The position numbers and the translations under genes were made by a program. From the human T2T-CHM13v2.0 reference genome, Homo sapiens, in assembly GCF_009914755.1 (NCBI RefSeq), contig NC_060934.1: a stretch of DNA of 64,000 nucleotides. One strand, written 5' to 3'. Of the stretch, positions 1 to 11,500 are shown piece after piece (the stretch's first letter is position 1; every line of letters begins with the position of its first letter). The notes beneath the pieces are model-generated. The model worked only from the letters and a program-made list of their open reading frames with translations. It was not told where the DNA came from and searched no databases.

Positions 1-1747
1 TTGACTGACAATTCTCCATTCCTTCGCTCCCTATCCCTCCAACCTCTAGTAACCATCATTATGATCTATTTGTCTGTAAGTTAAACTTTATTGGATTTTA
101 TATATACATGACGTAATGTGGTATTTGTCTTTCTGTGCTTGGCTTATTTCACTTAGCATAATGTCCTCTGATTCATTCATGTTGTCACAAATGACAGGAT
201 TTACCCCTTCTTAAGGCTGAGCAGTATTTCATTGTGAATATATACCACATCTTTAATCTGTTCATCCGTGGATAAACAGTTAGGTTGACTCCATATCTTG
301 GCTATTGTGAATACTGCTACAATGAACATGAGAGTGCAGATATGCCTCTGAAATACTGAGTTCAGTTCCTTTGGATATATACCTAGAAGTGGGATTAGTG
401 GATAATATGTTAGCTCTCTTTTTAGTTTTTTGAAGAACCTCCATACAGTTTTCATAATGGTTGTACTAATTTTCATTCCCACAAACAACAATGTATAAGA
501 GTTCCCTTTGCTCTGTATTCTCTCCAACACTATCTTTCATCTTTTTGCTAAAAGTCATTCTAGCATGTGAGGTGATATCTTACTGTGGTTTTAATTTGCA
601 TTTTTCTAATGATTAGTGTTGCTAAACATGTTTTTAAAAATGTACCTGTTTGCCATTTGTATGTCTTCTTTTGAGAAATACATGCTCAGGCCTTTTGCCC
701 ATTTTTAAAGTCAGGTTGTTTTCTTACTATTGAGTTGTTTCAGTTCCATGTATATTTTGGATATTAACCGTTTATCAGATACACAGTTTGCAAATATTTG
801 CTGCTATTCTGTGGGCCAGCTCTTCACTTTCTTAATTCCTCCCTTTGATGTACAGAAGCTTTTTAGTTTGATGCCATCCCATTTTCTGTTTTTGCTTTTT
901 TTGTCTGTGCTTTTGGGGTTATATCCTAAAAATTATTGCACAGACCAAAGTCTTGAGGGTTTTCTCCTGTTTTCTTCTAGTAGTTTTACCAGTTTCAGGT
1001 GTTGTATTTAAATCTTTAATATATTTTGAGGTTTGTTTTTTGTAAATGGTGTAAAATAAGCGTCTAATTTTATTCTCCTGCATGTGGATATCCAGTTTTC
1101 CCAACATCATTTATTGAAGACTGTGTCTTTTCCCCATTTTGTGTTCTCGGCATCTTTGCCAAAAGTCAATTGATTATAAATGCATGGGTTTATTTGTAGG
1201 TTTTCTCTTCTCTTCCATTGGTCAGTGTACCTGTTTCTGTGCCAGTACCATGCTGTTGTGATTATAATTGCTTTATAATATTTGTTTGAAACTGAGGAAT
1301 GTGATGCCTCCAGCTTTGCTCTTTTTGCTTAAGATTGTTTTGACTCTTGAAGTCTTATGTGGTTCCATATGAATTTAGGTATAGTTTTTTTTTCTGTGAA
1401 AAATGACGTTAGAATTTTAATATGGATTACATTGAATCTGTAGACCACTTGGGTAGTATGGATTTTTTCACAACATTATTTTTTCTAATCCATGAACACA
1501 GTATATCTTTCCATTAATTTGTGTTTTCTTCAATTTATTTAATTAGTGTTTAATAGTTTTCAGTATATAGGTCTTTTATCATCTTGTTTAAATTGACATG
1601 TAAGTATTTATTTTGTTCCTATTGTAAATGGAATTGTTTTCTTAATTTCCCCTTTGGATAGTTTGTATTTATTATACAGAATGCTACTGATTTTTGTAGG
1701 TTGATTTTGTATCCTGTAAGTTTGCTGAATTTATCAGTTTTAATAGT

Positions 1748-1779
<32 letters not shown>

Positions 1780-1838
1780 GAGCCTTTGTGTTTTTCTCTA
1801 TATAAGATCATGTTGTCAGAAAATAGAAAGAGCTTCAT
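1..1838 (-). mobile_element. L1 (L1MA/MB-like) 3' ORF2 + 3'UTR, 5'-truncated, extends beyond window start
   Basis: Antisense L1 signature (gtatttgtctttctgtgcttggcttatttcacttagcataatgtcctc). ORFs 201..530 and 919..1110 (-) resemble the ORF2p C-terminus (IPLLGIYPKE, HICTLMFIVAVFTIAKIWSQP). Confidence 0.93.
1748..1776. repeat. (GT)n microsatellite
   Basis: About 14 GT units, read directly. Confidence 0.97.
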
Positions 1839-1859
1839 ATAAGTATATACTTTAAGTCT

Positions 1860-2560
1860 TCCTTTGTACCTTCCCCAAAGGGAACTATGACACTACTCCA
1901 GGAACCGTGTACTGTACCAAAGGGATTATCCAGACATGTTTGATATTACCACACACTGGCTCTGAAATAACATTAATTTCTCATACCCCAAAATGCCACC
2001 ATAGATAAATGCCACCATAGATAACCAAAGTCGTGACTGTGGTGGTCTTAGTTCACATTCAATTTACAGTCAGCTCAATTGTTCTACAGACCTATCCTGT
2101 GGCTATTTCCCTAATTCCTGAATGTATGATTAGAATAGATATACTTGACAATTGGTGGAATTCTCACATGGGATCTCTCACCCATGGGATAAGAGCCATT
2201 ATAATAGAAGGGCTGAGCAGAAGCCCCTGGAATTTTCTCTCCATTACAAAATAGCAAACAAGGAACAATGGTATATCCCTTGGAGAATAACAGATTAGTG
2301 CCACCACTAAAGACTTGAGAGACACAGTGTTGATGTAATCATCAACACTTCTTTAACTTACTGTTTTCCCTGTGAATAAATCAGATGGATCTTGGGAAAT
2401 GACTGTGGGCTATGTTGAGCCTAATTAGGTAGTAACTCCAGATTTAGATTTACTAGGGTATATCAGCACAGATTTTGACAGTTGATAGTGAGTCATTGAT
2501 CCAGCTAATTATTTTTTCTTCATTCTAATTTGTAAGAATCACCAAGAAGCAATTTTATTT
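1860..2560 (+). mobile_element. ERV-L internal fragment (protease and start of RT), degenerate, no LTR attached
   Basis: ORF 2033..2254 (TYPVAISLIPECMIRIDILDNWWNSHMGSLTHGIRAII) resembles the HERV-L pro/pol junction; cagatggatcttgggaaatgactgtgggctat resembles the RT DGSWRMTVDY motif. Confidence 0.85.
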
Positions 2561-2679
2561 TACTGGGATAGATGGGTAGAAATCACGCACTCAAATACAT
2601 TGTATGTTGCCTTCACAATCTAAAAAGGCCAATCACACAGTGTGCTTCTTTTATGTGGTAGATAATGCGAGGGGTAGTA

Positions 2680-3085
2680 CCTGGTCTTCAGCTTCTGGGA
2701 TGCTTCAGGCGCCTCTGCATCTATCCATTACCATGTCTGATCATTAGTGACTTACTGTTGATTCACAATCAGGCATCTGGTGGTGGGCCTGGAGGTGCTG
2801 TTGGTAAGCAGGGGACTCAGTCTAAAAGACAAAGTGGGCCTAGAGGAGTAAGGCACTAGAGCAAGCAGGGATCTGCAGGGGTGTTTCTACATCTGTCCAT
2901 CACCATACCAACCTGTGAAAAACTCTTGAGAGATATTTACTGCTTCATCTCTGCCTTCCAGGTTTCATGTAAGTTCTTCTATTCATCATCTTTAATCCAG
3001 AACAATGCAGAAAAGAGGGGGGTGGGGTTCGGAGAAACATAGATCCCAGACTTAGCCAAGTTGTCATAGCATAGTCCGGTACACA
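2680..3085 (-). mobile_element. LTR41-like (ERVL) LTR, 5' half, inverted
   Basis: Reverse complement starts tgtgtaccggactatgctatgacaacttggctaagtctggga and contains ccaacagcacctccaggcccaccaccagatgc, matching the recalled LTR41 5' half. Confidence 0.7.
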
Positions 3086-3338
3086 ATTTTTCTTTTTCTT
3101 GGCTTATTCAATTAGTTGTCAGCAGAGGTTTGTTTAAGTTGCACACTGGTATTATGATTTTTTCCATTCTTCCTTTTTGTTCTGTCAATTTCTACTTTAT
3201 TCCAAAACTATGCTATTGGGTAAATTAGAATTTGATATTGCCTTGTTGCATTAGCCATTTATTATTATGAGATTGTCCTCTTTGTTGTTAGTAATCATGT
3301 TCGCATTAAAGTATATTTTATCTGATATTTATTTACTG
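3086..3338 (-). mobile_element. Old L1M ORF2 endonuclease-region fragment, inverted
   Basis: Reverse complement (atatcagataaaatatactttaa...aaagaggacaatctcataataataaatggc...) resembles L1 EN coding sequence. Confidence 0.7.
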
Positions 3339-3339
3339 G

Positions 3340-3680
3340 CTTTTCCTGCAAAAACTGATCCCAGGCCTCTAGCAGACAGTAGATCCACTGAGGTGTCAGC
3401 TGCTTCTCACAGATGCACAGCTTCCCACAGACCTCTTCATGAGCCCCCTATATGTGATCCCATGTTGGTGGGTGAAAATGCTTGGCTTTTAAAAATTTCC
3501 CTGTAGGTTCCAACTTGTCCACCTACAACAGCACTTCAGGCAGACTGAGTAGTGAGTGATTCTTTCTCTGATACTGAATTTCCCTTCCAGATGTTCAGTT
3601 CCTTGGCTCCTCCCACCTTATTCCTTTATGTCCATAATACTTTTGATGGCTGTTTCTTCCACAGAAACTGAACTGATACA
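3340..3680 (+). mobile_element. LTR41-like (ERVL) LTR, 3' half
   Basis: Contains cagcttcccacagacctcttcatgagcccc and ends tccataatacttttgatggctgtttcttcc...actgaactgataca, an ERVL LTR 3' terminus. Confidence 0.72.
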
Positions 3681-3727
3681 ATCAGTAAAGATACAGAAGA
3701 TGTAAAAGTAACAAGCTTGAACTAATT

Positions 3728-3733
<6 letters not shown>

Positions 3734-3766
<33 letters not shown>
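3734..3766. repeat. (GT)n microsatellite
   Basis: About 16 GT units. Confidence 0.97.
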
Positions 3767-3769
<3 letters not shown>

Positions 3770-4568
3770 CATGAAGTATAAAGTATATACTTTAAGTCTT
3801 CCTTTGTACCTTCCCCAAAGGGAGCCATGACACTACTCCAGCAACTGTTGCATATGTGTGTGTAACAATGTATGATGCAAAGCTGTACTCCATAATGACA
3901 AACTTCACATAATGTGATCATCTCAACAGACGGAGCCAACACTTTTGGCAAAATGCAGCACTTTTGAATGATAAAACTCTTAGTAAACTAATAATAGAAC
4001 TTCTCTATCTAATCAGATATGTCTAAAATCATGAATAGTAATAAAATGATGAAAATTTTGTATCTATGAGAAGAAGAAAATATAGAAATCTGATTTCAAT
4101 TATTCTATTTAATATTTTGCTAAAGGGCCACCCAGTGGAATAAGGCAGGGAAAACAAAATAAAATAAGAATGGGAAGATAGAAAATAAAGCAGTTATTAC
4201 TTACAGAATCAATAATTGTGTATTGTCAATCCAAAAGAATCTATAAACAAATTTAAGATGAATAAATGATGTTAATAAGATGTCAGAGCACCAGGCTAAT
4301 AAAAATCCATTTTACTTCTATGACTTTTTCAACAAAAAATGAAAAACACACATGTATAATACCACACAAAAAAGAATATGTCTAGAAAATAAAACAAAAT
4401 ATGTACATGATTTCTACTCTGAAAAATTACAGATCTTCACTGAAAGTAATTAAAAAAGACTGCAATAAATACAGGGGAATATCCTGTTTGAGGACTGAAA
4501 GACTCAATAGTGTAAAAATGCTAATTCACCCAAACTCAATCTGAATCAAAGTTATATATTTTATGTTG

Positions 4569-5023
4569 CATTTCCTTGTATTGAGGACATTCCAAATCTT
4601 TCTTCTAGCTATTTTGAAATATACAATAAATGATTGTTAACCATAGTAACCCTACTGTGCTGTTGAACACTACAACTTTTTCCTTCTATCTAACTGTGTA
4701 TTTGTACCCATTAACCAACCTCTCTGTGTTCTTCCTTTTCCCTACCTTTCTGAACCTCTGGTAACGACTATTCTACTCTCTACATCCATGACATCAACTT
4801 TAAAATTCTGCATATGAGTGAGAACTTGTGATATTTGTCTTTCTGTGCCTGACATATTTCATTTAATATAATATCCTCCAGTTCCATCTGTGATAAATGT
4901 TTCAGGTGATGGAAATTCCATTTACCTTGATTTGATCACTATACATTGTTTGCATGTATCAAAACATCACATACACCCCAGAACTAGGTATAATTTTTAC
5001 ATATTAAAAAATCAAAAATAAAA
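4569..5023 (+). mobile_element. Short L1MA 3'UTR insertion with inverted 5' part (4569-4890 minus, 4891-5023 plus)
   Basis: Antisense 3'UTR block joined to the sense terminal block (tgataaatgtttcaggtgatgg...) and an A-rich tail. Confidence 0.85.
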
Positions 5024-5621
5024 GTAACTATAAAAATGATACAAAAATTTTCTTACATCAAACCAAGTATCAAATTCATATAGAAGTGCACATATTCAAA
5101 AGTAGTTAAGGCAATCTTGACAAAGACAGCCAGAGGACTTATACTACCAAATAGAAAGGCTCATCATAGGGAGTGCATGAGGTAATGTCCTACTGACACA
5201 AGGCTAGACAACTGAGCAGGGAACAGAATATAACCCAGTAACAGTTCTGCAGAATTACAGTTAAACAATTTATGACAGAAGTGAGACTTTAGTGAGGAAA
5301 GGATGCTGTTTTTCTTTAACTAATGCATGGTGCTGCTTCAATAGATAGACAAAAAGAATATGGAAAAAATGTATTTCATCTGTTCTTCACACCATTTACA
5401 AACATTAGCCTTTTAGAGGAAAATAGAGAATGTCTTGATGACATCAACGTGGGTAAATCTATGAGACAGGACACAGAGTTTGCTATCCAAAGAAGAAAAA
5501 AATGACAAATTTAAGAAATCCTCTTTATGAAAAGGTACCAATAAGAGAGTGAAAGTTCAATCCAGAAAGATAGAGAATACATTTATAATACATATACCTG
5601 CTAAAGGACTTGTATTCATTA

Positions 5622-5622
5622 C

Positions 5623-5660
<38 letters not shown>

Positions 5661-5720
5661 GTACATATATGTATACACACACTTGCATATATATGTAGAC
5701 AAACATATATATATGTACAT
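5622..5720. repeat. Compound (TA)n(CA)n low-complexity repeat
   Basis: Read directly. Confidence 0.9.
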
Positions 5721-8283
5721 AACTTTTACAAATCAATAAAAAATGAGAAAAAAGTTGAAGATTGGGCAAAAAACACTAGCAGGCATGTCACAAAGGACAC
5801 GTTTTAATAACAAATCCATGAGAAGATGCAGCTTTAGTAATTAGTAGTAAATACAAATTAAAAATATAAGAAATTTTTAATACTTTACTTACACCAAAAT
5901 AAGCAAAATGATAAAGCTAAAAAATATCAAGCGTTCTAGAAGCTGTGAAGCCCCCAGAACTCTCATGTACTATAGTGGGAGTATAAATTGGTTCATTCAC
6001 ATCAGAAAACTTTTTGTCAGTATCCAGCAAAGTTAGACATATATATGTATGAGTATTCACATACGTATATATTTTAGATACATTCCATTCTTATCTATGT
6101 TATTCTAAATAATGTGTATACATATAAATTATGAGATATGTACTAGAATGTTCACAGCAGCATTACTTGTAAAGGCCAAGAACTGGAAACAACCGGAAAG
6201 CTAATCAACAGTTGAATGCATGATGATGAAATACTTTAAAGCAAGGAGAATGAACAGTCTATAATTATATACAATATTGATAAATTACATGCACAAACTG
6301 TTGAACAAAAGAAACTAAACTATATCCTATGGTTTGTACAAAAAGTTTACACTCATATAAAGTTCAATAGTAGTCAAAACTAATCCAGAGGTGAGGGTAG
6401 TATTCATCCAAGTGAACCCAGTGGCTAGAAGTAAACATAAGAAGAGTATGTTGGTGCCAGTAATGGTCTGTTCCTTGATCAGGGTGACACATTACGTTTG
6501 TGAAAATCCACGAGCTTTGCACTTATGTATCCATGTAGTTTTCCAAATCTGCATTACATGTCTAATTTTTATGCCACAGAGTACGTGCCACCTAAAAACA
6601 AAAGCTAACTTGCTAAGCTCTAAGAGGTAGAATTAATCTTTGGTGAGGTAAATCCAATGCATGCTGCATTATATTACCTAGCTTTCCCTGAACGTAAAAC
6701 TACAGCGTGACAAGATAGTGCAGTCTGTTATCGTGAAGCAGATAAGGTAAATGTGGTCCTTCCTCTTACAGTATGAGCCTTCATGATGACACCAAATCTA
6801 TCCAGAGACAAATGTTCAAGTGGCCGAGGAGCAACATTCCTAGATCTTTCTACCTCCTATAGTCAAAAATCAGAATAGCAAAATGCATCTCAGTATTTCC
6901 CTCTACTGTATAAGGAGGAGCTAAATCTGCCATCTGCTCTTCTTTTGTTCTGAGCTAGATCATATTCTTATTTCTTTTGATTATTGCTCCTATTTATGCT
7001 CTGCAACACAGATGAACTTATAGATGAGAAAGAAGGGCTATTATTCCCCTAGAAAGGGGAAAAGCAAAATCCATTTAGAAATATTTCTTAAATAGTGGTC
7101 TGTGGTTGATGAATTATGCATGCAGTAAGCAGCGACACTCCAGCTCTCATAACCAGAGGGGAAAGCTGCAGTCCTCACTTTCCGGCTCAACTGAACAGGG
7201 GCCCTGGCTGCCAGGGAATGACAAGTCATCTCATTTAAAAATCGTACTCTTTCCTGAAAAACCAAATGGAAGTTTAAATCAGGTAAAACGTGGCACCCTA
7301 GGAGCTATCTCCAGTAATTTGGCATTGTTACACACACTCATACAATGAGATTGAAAGCACTTTGCTGTGAAAATGTGGAAACCTGGGGTCTTAGCCCAGT
7401 GCTGTCACAAATTAGTCATTTGACCTTGCTGTTTACCCAGACAGGGCCTCAGTTTCCATATCTGAAACTAACCAAAATTTAGATTAAAAGATCTCTAGGT
7501 CTCATCTTCCTTTAACAATCTTTAATAAGGGAAGCATACTTTTATAGCAACATGTATATTATTAAATAATTTCCATGTGAGAGGATAATTAAGCTAGTAA
7601 TATTAAGCTTCTCCTCTGTGTTCCAGATGTGTAATAGACGTTTAACACAAAAGTAGTATTATCGTTGCCATAATCCGTTCCAGGGTTTTCTGTCTAGCAT
7701 TTAATGATGATGGACATCTTTGAAAATATGAAAAAAGTCATATGTTTTGCATATTACTCCATATTTTGTTTCACAGATGGATATATTTTTTCTCATTAGC
7801 ATTACATTGGCTGTAGAAAAGGACTGCGTGGTTTTTAGACACATGCAAATGCTACTTAATGAGCACACCTTATTCTCCTTCCTTGTTTTCTGGTATTACT
7901 AACTAGTGCGGTAACCGTGGACAAATCATTCCCTTTTCCTATGCATTGTTTTCCCATTTCACATATTAATAGAACTTGTTTAGATCCATGTTTCTCAGAG
8001 TGTGCTTGGCAAAATACGTCAATCCCCAAAATAGTTCTGTGATCAAACAAATTGGGAAGATCACATATTTCATATCCCCTATATTTTCACCTGGGAAGTA
8101 ACCATAAATATTCTAAAGGCCTTAAAGAGTTCTGTGATGCAGAAACCTGCTTTATTTCAGAGTTGATCTCAGGTTAATTTATTGAGATAATTTTTTATCC
8201 TTGGCTGACAGCCATTAATAATGATCCCTCAGATGAAATGATCTAATCAACTTTCTTGGGGATCCTTCAAACTTGATAATCTC

Positions 8284-8644
8284 TGATATGGTTTGGCTGT
8301 GACCCCACCCAAATCTTATCTTGAATTATAGTTCCCATAATCCCCATGTTTCGTGGAAGGGACCAGGTAGAGACAATTGAATTATGGGAGCACTTTCCCC
8401 CATCCTGTTCTCATGATAGTGAGTTAGTTCTTACCAGATCTGATGGTTTTATAAGGGGCCTTCCCTTTCACTGGGCACTAATTCTCTCTCCTGCCACCCT
8501 GTGAGGAGTTGCCTTCCGCCACGCTTTTAAGTTTCCTGAGGCCTCCCCAGCCATGTGGAACTGTGAGTCAATGAAACCTCTTTTCTTTATAAATTTCCCA
8601 GTCTTGGGAATTTCTTCATAGCAGCATAAGAATGGACTAATACA
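8284..8644 (+). mobile_element. THE1-family (MaLR) solo LTR
   Basis: tgatatggtttggctgtg...gaatggactaataca with 5-bp TSD ATCTC on both sides. Confidence 0.95.
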
Positions 8645-8739
8645 ATCTCCTAGGTTTCTTTTGGTTCACATTTCAATGTAATATGGAAAGGTGGATATTT
8701 CTCCAGGTATATTATTTGTCTATTAAAGTGGGCTTGATG

Positions 8740-8930
8740 TCAATGTTTCTGGTTCTAAATTCAGTTTTGCAATGGCCATTGTGTGACCTGAGGCAAAATC
8801 ATAATTTCTCTGCGCCTCAGTTTCCTCATCAAAACACTATAAGGATGTTATAAAATAAAAAATAAAAACATAAAACATGTAAAGTGTAACTCAAAATCAG
8901 ATAGCTTCTCATGATGTAAAAATGAAAACA
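8740..8930 (+). mobile_element. MIR fragment
   Basis: MIR core (tgtgtgacctgaggcaaaatcataatttctctgcgcctcagtttcctcatc). Confidence 0.7.
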
Positions 8931-10211
8931 GAGTGAAGAACTGAGTTTGAAGCCATAATAAGTATGGGAAGTCTTAACCCCATATACAACTAAGGTAACC
9001 TCAGATGTGTTCAGTGATTTTTGAAATATTAGAAAGTTGAAGTCTGCTTTGAATCTCAAATGAGATAGTTTTAGGGCAAAAAAAAAAAAAAGAACAAAAC
9101 TAAACTATTAAGCCCTCTGCTCCCCTTCACATAAATGGAAGTCTTTTTGTTTTTTTTTTTTGAAATTGTTACTTTCAAGAATATGCATGCCATTCCTACA
9201 TAAACAACCAAACAACTATCATACTATAATGGATCATAGGGATTAGAGATATCCATAGAAGAGGAAGGCACAAGAATTCTCAAAGGCAGCCAGTGATGTT
9301 TAAAACACAGCTCTGACTTCTGAGAGCTGAAACTAATGGATATCAGAACTGACAGGGCCTCCTTGGTGTTCTAGACACTCTCTTTAGTAGAAACTAAATC
9401 CCACCTATAAAATCCTTCAAACATGGTTGTCAAAGACAGGAAATCCTTCCACAATAAATCACTTTTTTCTCTTCTAAAGAGGAGGATATGCTCTTGTATG
9501 ACCCAATATGTTCTTATAGAAAAAGTTACTTGGGTAGAAAAACAGCTACAGATACTATCTAACAGAAGACATCATAATGACTGATTAAAACAATGCCTGT
9601 CTCTGACACACCTCTGAGAGGAGAGCTGTGATACTTAGACAAAGCATATGCTGCTGCCTGAAAATCACTCCTGGTGTAGGACTTCAGGTCATTGTAAGAA
9701 ATTTTGATATAACAGAGGCTCAAATGGGAGCACTTGTCAAGTTAATGGATTCCTCTGTATCCCAGAAAGAACAGTGAAGGATTCAATAAAGGTTTTATTT
9801 TTCCCGTGCTCTTGCTTCACACCCATGATCTCTCTCATCTTTAGCGGGGTTTGGAGAGAGAGCCTATACGTATATATATATCATGGCCCTAAAGCTGCAT
9901 CTTTGCTTTCCACACAGGTTCCCCTTTATAAATCTCACGTTGCTATTTTAATTTCCCTGTGTGTCTCATATTTTTATGAGACTAAAGCCCCTTGAAAGCA
10001 AGGGGCTTTACTTCTCTAGTTATTCTCTCAGCATTTAGGAGGCTGGTCTCAAAGTTTGAGCTGAGTTAAAAAAATACGTATTATCTAACTCCTTATATAC
10101 ATATTTAGAAAGAGAACAAATGAATGAACAAACGATATGTGAATTTATGGAGAAATCCTAGTTTCATTTTTTCAGATTAAATATCTAACATTTTTTAATG
10201 AGATGTCAAAC

Positions 10212-10659
10212 TGTATTGGTCAGGGTTTCCCAGAAAAGCAGAAAAAAATATATACTTTAATATATATATGATTTATTAGAGGAATTGACTCATGTGTTTA
10301 CCGAAGCTGAGAAGTTCCAGGAACTGCCATCCGCAAGCTGGAGAACAGAAAAGCTGGTGGTGTAATGAAGCCCCAGGAACCAGGAGCTCCAATGCTCAGG
10401 GCAGGAAAAGATGGATGTCCCAGCTCAAACAGAGAGAGGGAGTGCATTTAACTTTTCTCCACCACTTTGTTCTATTTATGCCCTCAATAGAATGGATGAC
10501 GCCTGCCCACACTGGTGAAGGTAATCTTCTTTACTAGGGCTACCAATTTAAATGCGAATCTATTTCAGAAACACCATCACAGGTACACTTGGAAGCAATG
10601 CTTTGCCAGTTATCTGAGCAACCCTTAACCTAGTCAAGTTGACATAAATTAATCATCAC
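10212..10659 (-). repeat. 3' LTR (MLT2B-like)
   Basis: tgtattggtcagggtttcccag...agtcaagttgacataaattaatcatcaca, followed by the PPT complement agcccaccctttctc. Confidence 0.92.
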
Positions 10660-11225
10660 AAGCCCACCCTTTCTCAAACTGGCACCCATACACATCTCCT
10701 TAAACTCTACTTCACCTCCAAATAAAGATAGTAACAGTCATAATTTTGCTTGACATAATACAACTATCCTACATTCAACCCAAACCACACTAATCCCTTC
10801 CTCAGAAAGGGTAAAGTCCTTGGGTCATGTTTACTATTTTCCTGATAATGTATAAATTAAATATTATGCTGTAAGATTAACAATGCCTAAATAACAATAT
10901 ATAGTCAATACATCTTATATGATAAGTAAATAAGAGGAAGGAATACACAGATATTTGCTTAATAATTGTATATCTCTCAAAACAAGGAAGAAATATTCAT
11001 GACAATTACAGTCCTCATGTCTGTAACTACTCACATGGTTGTAACTGGTCTTTAAAACTACCTTCATTTACTACCCATTCTGAATTCCCTTTGCCTTCAG
11101 CAAGTACTGTAGCTCACTGTTTGTTTGTTTGTTTACCTGGTGGGGTGAAAAAAACCTTTATTCTTGAAGAATCTGGGTCATTTGTAGTCCTGCCTAGGTT
11201 GTGGTGGTGGTGTTTTCCATTGACC

Positions 11226-11500
11226 TTAACCACAGAGCATGGATAGTAACAGACACGCTAAGATATCTCCTGTATTCCAGACACACCCTTTCTTACTTCC
11301 ATTGTGGAACAGTAGTATGATTTTCCAATGGTAGTTTAGATCAATTACCCTAGCCAACACCATAGTTCTCTTCTCGGCCTGTTGACTCAGAGGCATGAGG
11401 AACCCAAAGTGGCCAGGTGGCAGTCTTAACTTTAAGTTCAATGAACTCGTTATTGTTCGTCCTCGTGGAAACATTTCCCCCCCCCGGAATTAAGACCCTT
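11226..11500 (-). pseudogene. ERV-L dUTPase remnant
   Basis: KLRLPPGHFGFLMP...VLARVIDLNYHWKIILLFHNG...WNTGD (degenerate dUTPase motifs), lying downstream of integrase as is typical of ERV-L. Confidence 0.85.

Larger units (their letters stand above)
3681..6560 (+). mobile_element. Highly degraded old L1M/L1ME (ORF2 to 3'UTR) with nested insertions
   Basis: A-rich L1-like blocks in sense order: atcagtaaagatacagaagat; gaaagactcaatagtgtaaaaatg; agaatgttcacagcagcattacttgtaaaggccaagaactggaaacaacc. Confidence 0.75.

Noticed and set aside
9560-9760. Possible snoRNA or structured RNA in unique sequence
   Set aside because: No convincing C/D box pair with terminal stem and no H/ACA architecture.
11226-11474. 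Intact or domesticated dUTPase gene
   Set aside because: Catalytic motif 3 is degenerate (VIDLNYHW), the N- and C-terminal motifs lie outside the frame, and the rest of the provirus is decayed.
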